From assembly GCA_023394875.1 (NCBI GenBank), contig JAEXAB010000003.1:431895-495894 (forward strand): a stretch of 64,000 nucleotides of DNA, in the 5' to 3' direction. This document shows positions 1-11,589 of this stretch, in pieces (the first letter of the stretch is position 1; each line of letters opens with the position of its first letter). Below the pieces are notes generated by a model. It was not told where the DNA came from and did not search any database. It was given only the letters and a program-made list of their open reading frames with translations. Source of the DNA: Bacillota bacterium (GTDB lineage Bacteria; Bacillota; Clostridia; Christensenellales; DTU072). The position numbers were made by a program, and so were the translations under genes.

Positions 1-3000
1 GCGGCATAGGCGCCGTGGTAAATATAAAGGGTATAGCGTCACACAAAATTGTGGACGACGCTTTGCATATCGTGGAAAAATTAGAGCACCGCGCAGGTAA
101 AGACGCGTCAGGCGAAACAGGCGACGGAGTAGGTATAATGCTACAGATTTCTCACGAATTTTTCTTATCTGAGGCAAAAAAAATCGATATCGACCTCAAA
201 GAAAAAAGAGGTTACGGCATTGGTATGTTCTTCTTTTCTCAAGACGCTTTGGAAAGAAACCGCGCCATGAAAATGTTGGAAATTATTACGAAAAAAGAAG
301 GTTTGGAGTTCCTCGGTTGGAGAAAAGTACCCACTAATGAAGAAATTTTGGGCAAAAAAGCCAGAGAATGTATGCCGTCTATTTTTCAATGCTTTATTGC
401 CCGCCCCAAAGACAAGTCCATAATGGACTTCGAACGGAAACTTTACGTAATAAGAAGAGTTTTCGAAAAAAGCGACGATATGGCGTACACCGTTTCTTTG
501 TCGGCTAGGACGATTGTTTATAAGGGAATGTTTTTGGTTTGTCAATTAAGGAACTTTTATCCCGATTTAATAAGCGAAAACTACACCTCGGCTATTGCCA
601 TGGTACACTCCAGATTTTCCACCAACACCAACCCCAGTTGGGAAAGAGCCCACCCAAACAGAATTATTCTTCACAACGGAGAAATAAACACCATCCGCGG
701 CAACGTCGACAGAATGCTTACCCGCGAAGAATCCATGAAATGCGACGCTTTAGGCGAAGATTTGGAAAAAGTTCTGCCTTGCATTAACGCATCGGGCTCC
801 GACTCGGCAATGCTGGATAACGCTTTGGAATTCTTGATGATGAGCGGTATGCCTTTACCTTTGGCTATGATGATTACCGTGCCCGAACCTTTCCGCAACA
901 GAGAGGATATAAGTAGAGAAAAGAGAGATTTTTATCACTACTATTCCACAATGATGGAGCCTTGGGACGGCCCCGCCGCGATACTGTTTTCCGACGGCGA
1001 TATTTTGGGAGCAACATTAGACAGAAACGGTCTGCGCCCTGCAAGATACTACGTTACCGAAGACGACACTTTGATTCTTTCTAGCGAAGTGGGCGTTCTG
1101 CCTGTGCCCGAAGAAAAGATTATTCAAAAATCCAGGCTTACCCCGGGAAAAATGCTGCTTATTGACACAATAAACGGCAAAATTATTTCCGATGAGGAAT
1201 GTAAAAGTTACTATTCCCAAAAGAACCCGTACGGAGAATGGCTAAGCGATAATTTAATCAAGTTGTCTTCCCTAAAAATCCCCAACAAAAAAGTGGAAAA
1301 GCACGACCAAATTACCCGCGACAAGCTCTATAAAGCCTTCGGTTATACTTACGAATGTATCAAAAACCAAATTATACCCATGGCGAAAAACGGCTCGGAG
1401 CCGATAACCTCTATGGGCGTTGACGTACCTTTGGCGGTGCTTTCGGAAACACATCAACCCTTGTTTAACTACTTCAAACAGATGTTTGCTCAGGTAACCA
1501 ACCCGCCTTTGGACGCTATAAGGGAAGAAATTGTTACCGATACCGCCGTATATTTGGGTACAGACGGCGATTTGTTGAACGAAAAACCAGCAAACTGCAA
1601 CGTTTTGGAAATTAATAATCCTATTTTAACCAACGTTGACATGATGAAAATAAAAAATATGAGCCATCCGAATCTAAAGACGGAGACTATTTCTCTACTT
1701 TATTATATCGGCACACCCATAGAAACGGCTTTGGAACAGTTATTTGTTTCCTGCGAAAAAGCCTATAAAAAAAGTTGCAATATCCTAATTCTATCCGACC
1801 GCGGAGTGGATGAAAACCATCTTGCCATACCTTCCCTTTTGGCGGTATCGGCTATGGAACAATACTTGATAAGAACCAAAAAAAGAACGGCTGTTTCGGT
1901 AATATTGGAGAGTGCAGAACCCAGAGAAGTTCATCACTTTGCCACCCTTTTAGGCTACGGCGCAAGGGCAATTAACCCATATCTTGCGTTGGAGTGTATT
2001 GAAGAAAGCATAGAAAAAGGCATGCTGAATAAGGATTATTACACGGCGGTAAACGACTATGCCAACGCTATTTTGCATGGAATAGTAAAAATTGCTTCCA
2101 AAATGGGCGTTTCTACCCTTTCGTCCTATCAATCGGCGCAGATTTTTGAGGCGGTGGGTATTTCTAAAGCGGTAATCGAACCGTATTTTACCAACACGAT
2201 AAGCAGAATAGAGGGTATCGGCTTAAAGGAAATTTCCGACGGAGTGAAATACCGCCACGCCCAAGCCTTTGACCCAATTAACTTAAACGTTGACCTTACT
2301 ATAGAAAGCGGCGGCTCCCATTGTTTGCGCTCCCTTAAAAACAGCGAAGACCATATGTATAATCCCCAAACGATTACTGCTTTAAGAGAGGCGGTGCAAA
2401 ATGGGGACTATGGTAGGTTTAAGGAATATACCGCTATGGTGGACGATGAAACAATCCCCCATACCTTACGCGGTTTATTAACTTTTAACAAAATTAATCC
2501 TTCCATATCACTTGACGAAGTGGAAAGCGTGGAAAGTATTTTGCAACGCTTCAAAACGGGAGCGATGAGCTACGGCTCAATATCTAAAGAGGCGCACGAA
2601 TGTATGGCGTTGGCTATGAATGCAATCGGCGGCAAATCCAATTCCGGCGAAGGCGGAGAAGAAACCGAAAGACTGCATACCGACCGCGCAAGCTCCATTA
2701 AGCAAGTGGCGTCGGGAAGATTCGGCGTAACCGAAGAATATTTACTCAGCGCAACAGAAATTCAGATAAAAATGGCGCAGGGCGCAAAACCGGGCGAAGG
2801 CGGACACTTACCAGGTAATAAAGTATATCCTTGGATAGCAAAAACACGCCACTCTACCCCCGGCGTGTCTCTTATTTCTCCCCCGCCTCATCACGATATA
2901 TACTCAATTGAGGACTTGGCGCAGCTTATTTACGACCTGAAGAACGCCAACAGAAAGGCAAGAATATCGGTAAAACTAGTTTCCGAAGCGGGTGTTGGCA

Positions 3001-4475
3001 CCATTGCTTCGGGTGTGGCTAAGGCAGGGGCGCAAGTTGTGCTGATTTCGGGCTATGACGGCGGCACGGGCGCAGCTCCGGCAAGCTCAATTCACAACGC
3101 AGGCTTACCTTGGGAACTAGGTTTGGCAGAAGCCCACCAGACACTTATTAAAAACGGTTTGCGCTCTAAAGTGGTTTTGGAAACGGACGGCAAACTTATG
3201 AGCGGAAGAGACGTTGCCATAGCCGCAATGCTTGGCGCCGAAGAATTCGGCTTTGCCACTGCTCCGTTGGTCGCTATGGGCTGTCTTATGATGCGTGTCT
3301 GCGACAAAGACAACTGCCCTGTCGGTATTGCCACACAAAACGCTGTTTTGCGCAAGCGCTTTGCGGGTAAGCCAGAATACGTAGTCAACTTTATGCGTTT
3401 TATTGCTCAGGAAGTTCGCGAAATTATGGCTTTCTTAGGAATTAAGACGATTGACGACCTTATCGGCCGCACCGAATTTTTGAAAATCTGCGACAAGAGT
3501 ATTAAAGTCTGCTCAAAATCGGTGGATATTTCGGGCATACTAAATCAGCATGCAAATAATACCGTACATTTCCGCAAGGGCGACGTTTTTGACTTCAAAC
3601 TTAACGAAACAGTTGACGAAAGCGTATTAATCCCGCAGTTTGGCGAAGCTATAGAAAAGAAGGAAAAGAAAGAAATCAGTATTAAAGTTTCCAGCACCAA
3701 CCGCGCTTTGGGCACTATATTAGGTTCGGTTATCTGCGAAAAATATAAGAATACCTTACCCGAAGACACTTACGTTATTAACTGCGAAGGCGGTGGAGGT
3801 CAATCCTTCGGCGCGTTTATGCCAAACGGACTTACCTTACGCTTAAACGGTGACAGCAACGACTATTTCGGCAAAGGTCTGTCGGGCGGCAAACTGGTAG
3901 TTAAGGTGCCCAAAAATAGCAAACTGGTTGCCGAAGAGAACATTATTATCGGCAACGTAGCTCTTTACGGCGCCACAAGCGGTCAGGCTTATATAAACGG
4001 CGTAGCGGGCGAACGCTTCTGCGTAAGAAACTCCGGAGCGACGGCTGTAGTTGAGGGCGTGGGCGACCACGGCTTAGAATACATGACGGGCGGTATTGTT
4101 TGCGTGTTAGGTAAAACCGGCAAAAACTTTGCTGCTGGCATGAGCGGCGGCGTTGCCTTTGTACTGGATGAAAAACACGATTTATACACCAGACTCAACA
4201 AAGAAATGGTAAAAAGTATGCCAATTCGTCAAGAAACGGATATTAACACTCTAAGAGAACTTATAGAAAAGCACACCAAAGAGACAGGCTCTAAGTTGGG
4301 TCAAAGAATTTTGGATAATTTTACTACTTATCTACCAAAATTCAAGAAAATTATACCTATCGACTACAGCGAAATGATGGAGCTGACACAAAAATACCAA
4401 AGCGAAGGTTATTCCAAGTCAGAAGCCCAAGATAAGGCTTTCTATGAGCTCCAAGGAATAAAGGGAGGCAAGTAA
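1..4475 (+). CDS. gltB: Glutamate synthase large subunit, 5' end truncated by the window edge
   Basis: 1486-aa ORF. The frame stays open back to nt 3 (GIGAVVNIKG..., the segment right after the Ntn-amidotransferase Cys1), so the GTG at 15 is not the true start. Conserved GltB motifs are present: GKSNSGEGGE, AKPGEGGHLPG and the C-terminal GXGXG-type domain. Confidence 0.95.
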   Translation, partial: GIGAVVNIKGIASHKIVDDALHIVEKLEHRAGKDASGETGDGVGIMLQISHEFFLSEAKKIDIDLKEKRGYGIGMFFFSQDALERNRAMKMLEIITKKEGLEFLGWRKVPTNEEILGKKARECMPSIFQCFIARPKDKSIMDFERKLYVIRRVFEKSDDMAYTVSLSARTIVYKGMFLVCQLRNFYPDLISENYTSAIAMVHSRFSTNTNPSWERAHPNRIILHNGEINTIRGNVDRMLTREESMKCDALGEDLEKVLPCINASGSDSAMLDNALEFLMMSGMPLPLAMMITVPEPFRNREDISREKRDFYHYYSTMMEPWDGPAAILFSDGDILGATLDRNGLRPARYYVTEDDTLILSSEVGVLPVPEEKIIQKSRLTPGKMLLIDTINGKIISDEECKSYYSQKNPYGEWLSDNLIKLSSLKIPNKKVEKHDQITRDKLYKAFGYTYECIKNQIIPMAKNGSEPITSMGVDVPLAVLSETHQPLFNYFKQMFAQVTNPPLDAIREEIVTDTAVYLGTDGDLLNEKPANCNVLEINNPILTNVDMMKIKNMSHPNLKTETISLLYYIGTPIETALEQLFVSCEKAYKKSCNILILSDRGVDENHLAIPSLLAVSAMEQYLIRTKKRTAVSVILESAEPREVHHFATLLGYGARAINPYLALECIEESIEKGMLNKDYYTAVNDYANAILHGIVKIASKMGVSTLSSYQSAQIFEAVGISKAVIEPYFTNTISRIEGIGLKEISDGVKYRHAQAFDPINLNVDLTIESGGSHCLRSLKNSEDHMYNPQTITALREAVQNGDYGRFKEYTAMVDDETIPHTLRGLLTFNKINPSISLDEVESVESILQRFKTGAMSYGSISKEAHECMALAMNAIGGKSNSGEGGEETERLHTDRASSIKQVASGRFGVTEEYLLSATEIQIKMAQGAKPGEGGHLPGNKVYPWIAKTRHSTPGVSLISPPPHHDIYSIEDLAQLIYDLKNANRKARISVKLVSEAGVGTIASGVAKAGAQVVLISGYDGGTGAAPASSIHNAGLPWELGLAEAHQTLIKNGLRSKVVLETDGKLMSGRDVAIAAMLGAEEFGFATAPLVAMGCLMMRVCDKDNCPVGIATQNAVLRKRFAGKPEYVVNFMRFIAQEVREIMAFLGIKTIDDLIGRTEFLKICDKSIKVCSKSVDISGILNQHANNTVHFRKGDVFDFKLNETVDESVLIPQFGEAIEKKEKKEISIKVSSTNRALGTILGSVICEKYKNTLPEDTYVINCEGGGGQSFGAFMPNGLTLRLNGDSNDYFGKGLSGGKLVVKVPKNSKLVAEENIIIGNVALYGATSGQAYINGVAGERFCVRNSGATAVVEGVGDHGLEYMTGGIVCVLGKTGKNFAAGMSGGVAFVLDEKHDLYTRLNKEMVKSMPIRQETDINTLRELIEKHTKETGSKLGQRILDNFTTYLPKFKKIIPIDYSEMMELTQKYQSEGYSKSEAQDKAFYELQGIKGGK

Positions 4476-4476
4476 T

Positions 4477-5943
4477 ATGGGCAAGCCTACAGGATTTTTA
4501 GAATATCAACGTAAAAATAACGGCTCTCTTCCCGTCAAAGAACGGATAAAGAACTATAACGAATTTCATCCCGAAGTGGACGAGGAAGAAAGAAAGAGAC
4601 AAGGCGCGCGCTGCATGAACTGCGGTGTTCCTTTCTGCCAATCGGGAATGATGCTGGATAACATGATAAGCGGTTGTCCTTTGCATAATCTAATCCCCGA
4701 ATGGAATGACGAACTTTATAACAATATACCAAAACAAGCCTTATCCAGGCTTCTTAAAACCAACAACTTCCCAGAGTTTACGGGCAGAGTCTGCCCTGCT
4801 CCGTGCGAAGCGGCTTGCACCTGCGCCCTTCACGGCGATGCGGTAACCATTAGAGAAAATGAACTTTATATAATAGAAAATGCCTTTGAAAAAGGCTTTA
4901 TCAAGCCTAAAGATATATTGGCGCGTTCAGGAAAAAAAGTTGCGGTAGTAGGCTCAGGCCCCGCCGGACTTGCCGCCGCCGATTCTCTTAACTTCCGCGG
5001 TCATGATGTCACCGTTTTTGAAAGAGAAGATCGCTTAGGCGGACTACTTATGTATGGCATACCCAATATGAAGATAGAAAAAAGCGTTATCGACAGAAGA
5101 ATAGACCTCATGAAAAAAGAAGGGGTAAAATTTGTTACCAACGCCGATATAGGTAAAAATTATCCCGTACAAGATTTGCTTAATAATTTCGACGCCGTAG
5201 TTCTTGCCTGCGGAGCAAAAAAACCCAGAGATTTGCCCGCAAATAAAGACAAAGCCCCCAACGTGTATTTCGCGGTGGATTTTCTAACGTCTACTACTAA
5301 GAGTCTGCTTGATTCCAATATGAGCAACACATATATTAGCGCAAAGGACAAAAAAGTTGTCATAATCGGCGGCGGAGATACCGGTAACGACTGTGTGGCA
5401 ACCTCAGTAAGGCACGGTTGCAAGTCGGTTGTTCAGATAGAAATGCTCTCCTGTCCCCCCATTAAACGAACTTTGGATAATCCTTGGCCGCGCTTCCCGA
5501 AAACTCTCAAAACCGATTACGGTCAACAGGAAGCCATAGAAGTTTTCGGCAACGACCCCAGAGTTTTTTCCACTACGGTAAAGGAATTTATCAAAGGAGA
5601 AGACGGGCTGGTTAATAAAGTTGTCACCGTGGAATTAAAATGCGAATGCGATATTTCGGGAAAAAGAACTCTAACAGAAGTTACTGACAGCGAAAAAGTT
5701 CTGGACGCTGATTTAGTTATTATCGCGGCAGGTTTTGTTGGTTGTGAGGAGTATATTGCCAAAGCTTTCTGCATATCTATAAATTCTAGAGGGGTAATTC
5801 CTACCGATTGTAACTACAACGTTAATAACTCCAAAATCTTCTGTTGCGGAGATATGCGTATAGGTCAATCCCTTATTGTAAGGGCAATTGCAGAGGGTAG
5901 AGAATGCGCGGAGAATGCAGATAGGTTCTTAACCGCAAAATAA
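4477..5943 (+). CDS. gltD: Glutamate synthase small subunit (NADPH-dependent)
   Basis: 488 aa. The ATG lies 1 nt after the gltB stop. Cys clusters CMNCGVPFCQ and CPAPCEAAC. Two dinucleotide-binding motifs, VVGSGPAGLAAA and IIGGGDTGND. Confidence 0.93.
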   Translation: MGKPTGFLEYQRKNNGSLPVKERIKNYNEFHPEVDEEERKRQGARCMNCGVPFCQSGMMLDNMISGCPLHNLIPEWNDELYNNIPKQALSRLLKTNNFPEFTGRVCPAPCEAACTCALHGDAVTIRENELYIIENAFEKGFIKPKDILARSGKKVAVVGSGPAGLAAADSLNFRGHDVTVFEREDRLGGLLMYGIPNMKIEKSVIDRRIDLMKKEGVKFVTNADIGKNYPVQDLLNNFDAVVLACGAKKPRDLPANKDKAPNVYFAVDFLTSTTKSLLDSNMSNTYISAKDKKVVIIGGGDTGNDCVATSVRHGCKSVVQIEMLSCPPIKRTLDNPWPRFPKTLKTDYGQQEAIEVFGNDPRVFSTTVKEFIKGEDGLVNKVVTVELKCECDISGKRTLTEVTDSEKVLDADLVIIAAGFVGCEEYIAKAFCISINSRGVIPTDCNYNVNNSKIFCCGDMRIGQSLIVRAIAEGRECAENADRFLTAK

Positions 5944-5979
5944 TTTTAGTTAAGAGTAAAAAAAGCTATCAAAAAATCG

Positions 5980-6008
5980 TTGACATGCTTTTTACGGAAT
6001 TGTATAAT
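5980..6008 (+). promoter_or_regulatory. Consensus sigma-A type promoter for the glutamine synthetase leader
   Basis: TTGACA (5980-5985), exactly 17-nt spacer, TATAAT (6003-6008). Predicted TSS near 6015. Confidence 0.6.
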
Positions 6009-6020
6009 TATTCTAATAAA

Positions 6021-6070
6021 CGGCAAAGGTGTCGCAGAGTAATCTGTAAATCTGTGTCGTTTCTTTTTTT
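6021..6070 (+). promoter_or_regulatory. Leader element copy A: hexaloop hairpin overlapping a weak GU-rich terminator-like hairpin
   Basis: CGGC-AAAGGT-GTCG (6021-6034) folds as a 4-bp stem with a hexaloop. Nt 6029-6038 can instead pair with 6051-6060 (several G-U pairs, one mismatch), followed by TTCTTTTTTT. Confidence 0.35.
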
Positions 6071-6101
6071 AGCTATATAATGTAATAAAAACAAATATAA
6101 T

Positions 6102-6151
6102 ATGCGGCAAAGGCGTCGTCGAAGGTATTCGGGCGCCTTTGCCGCATTTTT
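6102..6151 (+). terminator. Intrinsic terminator in the GS leader, containing hexaloop hairpin copy B
   Basis: ATGCGGCAAAGGCG (6102-6115) pairs perfectly with CGCCTTTGCCGCAT (6134-6147), followed by TTTTT. It lies about 30 nt upstream of the glnA RBS. Nt 6105-6118 (CGGC-AAAGGC-GTCG) can form the alternative small hairpin. Confidence 0.7.
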
Positions 6152-6183
6152 ATATTAAAAAATAAAAAAGGAGAAAGAAGAGT

Positions 6184-8277
<2,094 letters not shown>

Positions 8278-8333
8278 TCAAAACTTGAGGAAGTAAAACA
8301 GTACTAATAGAAAAATTAAAATTACAAAAACCG

Positions 8334-8365
8334 CTCAGCTATTTCGGAAAATCGGGATAGCTGAG
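8334..8365 (+). terminator. Hairpin downstream of glnA (possible weak terminator)
   Basis: CTCAGCTAT (8334-8342) pairs with ATAGCTGAG (8357-8365) around a 14-nt loop. The following T tract is poor (TAGTATTT). Confidence 0.35.
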
Positions 8366-8392
8366 TAGTATTTAATTAGGAGGCAACAATAT

Positions 8393-9973
8393 ATGTGTTC
8401 AATAATGGGTTATATAGGCGACAGTATTTCTGTCGAAGAGTTCAAACAAGGTTTTTTGGAAACGGTATCCAGAGGTCCCGATATGTCGGAAATTTTTATG
8501 GACGGCAACGCTATCTTAGGTTTTCACCGTCTTGCTATTATGGGTCTTTCTCCCAATGGTATGCAGCCTTTTTATTTCAATAATAACGCGGTGGTTTGCA
8601 ACGGCGAATTGTACGGCTTCCGCGCGTTGAAGAATGAGCTTATTAATAAAGGCTACACCTTCCATAGCGAATCCGACTGCGAACTTTTGCTTCCCCTTTA
8701 TAATGAACACGGTCTTGATATGTTCAATATGCTAGACGCCGAATTTGCCTTAATTATCTACGATAAAACCACTCATTCCTTAATTGCCGCGCGCGACCCT
8801 ATAGGGATAAGACCCCTTTATTACGGCTATGACAAGGACGGCAAAATAATATTTGCCTCCGAAGCTAAGAACCTAGTAAAATTATGTACTAAGGTTATGC
8901 CTTTCCCGCCGGGACATTATTATTCAGACGGCAAGTTTACAATGTACCGCGACATCACCAAAGTTAATAAGTTCACTACCGAAAGTATCGACGAAGTTTG
9001 CAAAAAAATCAAAGAAAAGTTGGATGCCGGTATCATTAAGAGACTGGACGCCGACGCTCCTTTGGGCTTTTTGTTGAGTGGCGGACTTGATTCTTCTTTG
9101 GTTTGCGCCGTTGCCGCAAAGTACCTTAAAAAACCCATAGAAACCTTTTCTATCGGTATGAAGACTGACGCAATTGACCTAAAATACGCCCGCGAAGCGG
9201 CAGACTATATTAAGTCAAATCATCACGAAATAATAATCACCGAAGAAGACGTAATTGAGTATCTGCCCGAAGTCGTTCATATTTTGGGAACCTACGATAT
9301 TACCACGATAAGAGCTTCTATGGGTATGTATCTTATTTGCAGAGCAATTCATCTTCAGACCGATATAAGAGTGCTTTTAACGGGAGAAATTTCCGATGAG
9401 TTGTTCGGCTATAAATACACCGACTACGCTCCCTCACCTACTGAATTCCAAAAAGAAGCGGTAAAAAGAATAAGTGAAATCCATATGTATGACGTACTGA
9501 GAGCGGACAGATGTATAAGTTCTAACTCCTTGGAAGCCAGAGTGCCTTTCGGGGATTTGGATTTTGTCAGCTACGTTATGAGCATTGCTCCCGAAATGAA
9601 AATGAACACCTACGGAATAGGAAAATACCTTCTAAGAAAAGCCTATGAGGGTGATTATTTGCCTCAATCACTTTTAATGCGTGAAAAAGCGGCTTTTAGC
9701 GACGCGGTGGGTCATTCTCTGGTTGACCACATAAAAGCCTACGCCGAAGCAAAATATACCGACAGTGATTTTGCCGAAAAAATAAAGAAATACGACTTTG
9801 CAAGACCCTTTACCAAAGAGAGTTTGTTGTATAGGGAATTATTCGAACAATTTTATCCGGGACAAGCCGAAATGGTAAAAGACTTTTGGATGCCCAATAA
9901 GTGTTGGGAAGGCTGCAACGTCAACGACCCGTCGGCGAGAGTGCTTTCTAACTACGGCAAGAGCGGAGTATAG
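8393..9973 (+). CDS. asnB: Asparagine synthetase (glutamine-hydrolysing), short E. coli AsnB-like form
   Basis: 526 aa. Begins MC (Cys2 Ntn nucleophile). PP-loop SGGLDSS. SD AGGAGG is upstream. Confidence 0.9.
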   Translation: MCSIMGYIGDSISVEEFKQGFLETVSRGPDMSEIFMDGNAILGFHRLAIMGLSPNGMQPFYFNNNAVVCNGELYGFRALKNELINKGYTFHSESDCELLLPLYNEHGLDMFNMLDAEFALIIYDKTTHSLIAARDPIGIRPLYYGYDKDGKIIFASEAKNLVKLCTKVMPFPPGHYYSDGKFTMYRDITKVNKFTTESIDEVCKKIKEKLDAGIIKRLDADAPLGFLLSGGLDSSLVCAVAAKYLKKPIETFSIGMKTDAIDLKYAREAADYIKSNHHEIIITEEDVIEYLPEVVHILGTYDITTIRASMGMYLICRAIHLQTDIRVLLTGEISDELFGYKYTDYAPSPTEFQKEAVKRISEIHMYDVLRADRCISSNSLEARVPFGDLDFVSYVMSIAPEMKMNTYGIGKYLLRKAYEGDYLPQSLLMREKAAFSDAVGHSLVDHIKAYAEAKYTDSDFAEKIKKYDFARPFTKESLLYRELFEQFYPGQAEMVKDFWMPNKCWEGCNVNDPSARVLSNYGKSGV

Positions 9974-10011
9974 AAAAAATGCCATAACTAAGGATTTTTT
10001 GCCATTTAGTA

Positions 10012-10040
10012 TTGAAATTTCATAAATACAATAGTATAAT
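10012..10040 (+). promoter_or_regulatory. Sigma-A type promoter for the esterase/GtrA/lipase operon
   Basis: TTGAAA (10012-10017), 17-nt spacer, TATAAT (10035-10040). Confidence 0.55.
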
Positions 10041-10073
10041 ATTATTTGGTATTAATTTTTTAGGAGGCATTTA

Positions 10074-11003
10074 ATGACCCGTTCCGAATTCTTATTTGCG
10101 GCTATTGACGTTCTGTTTCATCCGTCACAAAATTATCGCAGATATCCCAATATTGTAAGAGAGCCCGATTTTGTCTATGACGAGACCAAACCGGATGACT
10201 GCCGCGCAGAGTTCTATTATGACCCTGCTTTACTAAAAGAAAACAAAAAACTTCCCGTTGTTGTCAATATCCACGGCGGAGGCTTCGTAAAAGGCGACAA
10301 GTGCCACAGAAGAAGTCTTTGTAAGCGGTTTGCCAGCCACGGGTATTTTACTATGAACATAAATTACACGTTGAGCCCGAAAGCCTCTTTCCCCACAGCT
10401 ATATACGACTGTATTAACGCTCTTAATTATTTGAAAAAGGTTGAGGAAAAATACAATCTGGATTTATCCAAGGTTTGCATAACGGGCGACAGCGCAGGCG
10501 CATATTGCGCTACATACCTTGTTGCGGTTGCTAACGATGAAACACTATCCAAAGCAATAAACGCCCCCGAAATGATCGTTAAGCCCAGTCTTTTGGTAAG
10601 CTTCTGCGGCCCTTACGACTTGGTGGCAGCATTAAAACTTGCCAAGCTGCCGTTTAATCTTGTTTGGGATATCGGAAGATGCTTTTTAGGCATTGATTTC
10701 GGCTTGAAGAAAGATTTCAGCAACATTAATGAATATAAATATCTTAATGAAATTTCCCCCAGTAACTACGTCAACTCCAATTGGTGTCCGTCGTTTTTAG
10801 TAATGTCGGCTCAGGACGTATTCTGCAAAGGACACGGAGATATATTAAATGAAAAGCTAGTAGACTGCAACGTAGAAGTGGAGACTTTCTCCAGTACCAA
10901 ACTAATTGACAACCACTGCTTCCATATGAATATGTTTACCAAAGTATCCAAAGATTGTTTCAAAAATGTATTCGCGTTTATGGATAAACACCTAAAAGGA
11001 TAA
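10074..11003 (+). CDS. Alpha/beta hydrolase, hormone-sensitive-lipase (family IV) type esterase
   Basis: 309 aa. HGGGF oxyanion motif and GDSAG nucleophile elbow. C-terminal His is in DNHCFHM. Confidence 0.8.
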   Translation: MTRSEFLFAAIDVLFHPSQNYRRYPNIVREPDFVYDETKPDDCRAEFYYDPALLKENKKLPVVVNIHGGGFVKGDKCHRRSLCKRFASHGYFTMNINYTLSPKASFPTAIYDCINALNYLKKVEEKYNLDLSKVCITGDSAGAYCATYLVAVANDETLSKAINAPEMIVKPSLLVSFCGPYDLVAALKLAKLPFNLVWDIGRCFLGIDFGLKKDFSNINEYKYLNEISPSNYVNSNWCPSFLVMSAQDVFCKGHGDILNEKLVDCNVEVETFSSTKLIDNHCFHMNMFTKVSKDCFKNVFAFMDKHLKG

Positions 11004-11008
11004 TTATT

Positions 11009-11563
11009 ATGGAAAAAGAAACCGCTCCAAAGAAAAAGTTAAGCGCTAAAGAAAATTTTACTCAAGTTGTTAAGTTCGTGTTATTTTCTTGCGGGGCGGG
11101 GATAATCCAGTTTGGTTCATTCACCCTTCTAAATGAACTGCTCCACCTAAACTATTGGGTTTCTTATCTGATAGCCTTGGTACTTAGCATCCTTTACAAT
11201 TTTACCGTTAACAGAAGATTTACCTTCAAATCAGCCAATAACATACCCGCCGCTATGGCTTTGGTATTTTTGTTTTATTGCGCCTTTACCCCCTATTCCA
11301 CTTGGCTAACCGACTTTTTGACAGTCAAAAAGGGCTGGAACGAATATTTGGTACTTATTGTTTGTATGGTACAAAATCTTATTTTGGAATTTTTGTGGTG
11401 TAGGTTCGTTGTTTACCGTAAGAGTATTAACAGCAACTCTTTAGCTAAAAAACAGGAAGAAAATGGAAATAAGACCGAAGTAAACGTAGTGGTAAACATT
11501 GAAAACAATATAAATAACGTTATAGAAAATAAATCTGAGAATAACACGGATATTATAGAATAA
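11009..11563 (+). CDS. GtrA-family membrane protein with a low-complexity Asn/Glu-rich tail
   Basis: 184 aa. Four predicted TM helices and an NRRFTF-type GtrA motif. Starts 5 nt after the upstream gene. Confidence 0.7.
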   Translation: MEKETAPKKKLSAKENFTQVVKFVLFSCGAGIIQFGSFTLLNELLHLNYWVSYLIALVLSILYNFTVNRRFTFKSANNIPAAMALVFLFYCAFTPYSTWLTDFLTVKKGWNEYLVLIVCMVQNLILEFLWCRFVVYRKSINSNSLAKKQEENGNKTEVNVVVNIENNINNVIENKSENNTDIIE

Positions 11564-11589
11564 AAAAATTATATGAGGGAGATATAACT

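Noticed and set aside
3869-3884. CGGCAAAGGTCTGTCG inside gltB, which resembles the 14-nt leader hairpin motif.
   Set aside because: It lies in the coding sequence for the conserved FGKGLSGG segment and carries a 2-nt insertion that breaks the hexaloop hairpin. Most likely coincidence.
6102-6158. Arg-rich mini-ORF MRQRRRRRYSGAFAAFLY inside the glnA leader terminator.
   Set aside because: It has no Shine-Dalgarno sequence. The Arg codons are a by-product of the GC-rich terminator stem (CGGCAAAGGCGTCGTCGAAGG), and arginine has no logical link to the regulated gene.
5944-6183. A glutamine riboswitch or T-box in the glnA leader, and a T-box in the ilv leader (50887-51078).
   Set aside because: I could not find the conserved T-box sequence (the AGGGUGGNACCGCG type), a specifier-loop architecture, or the glnA-RNA three-stem junction. 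This should still be confirmed with covariance models.
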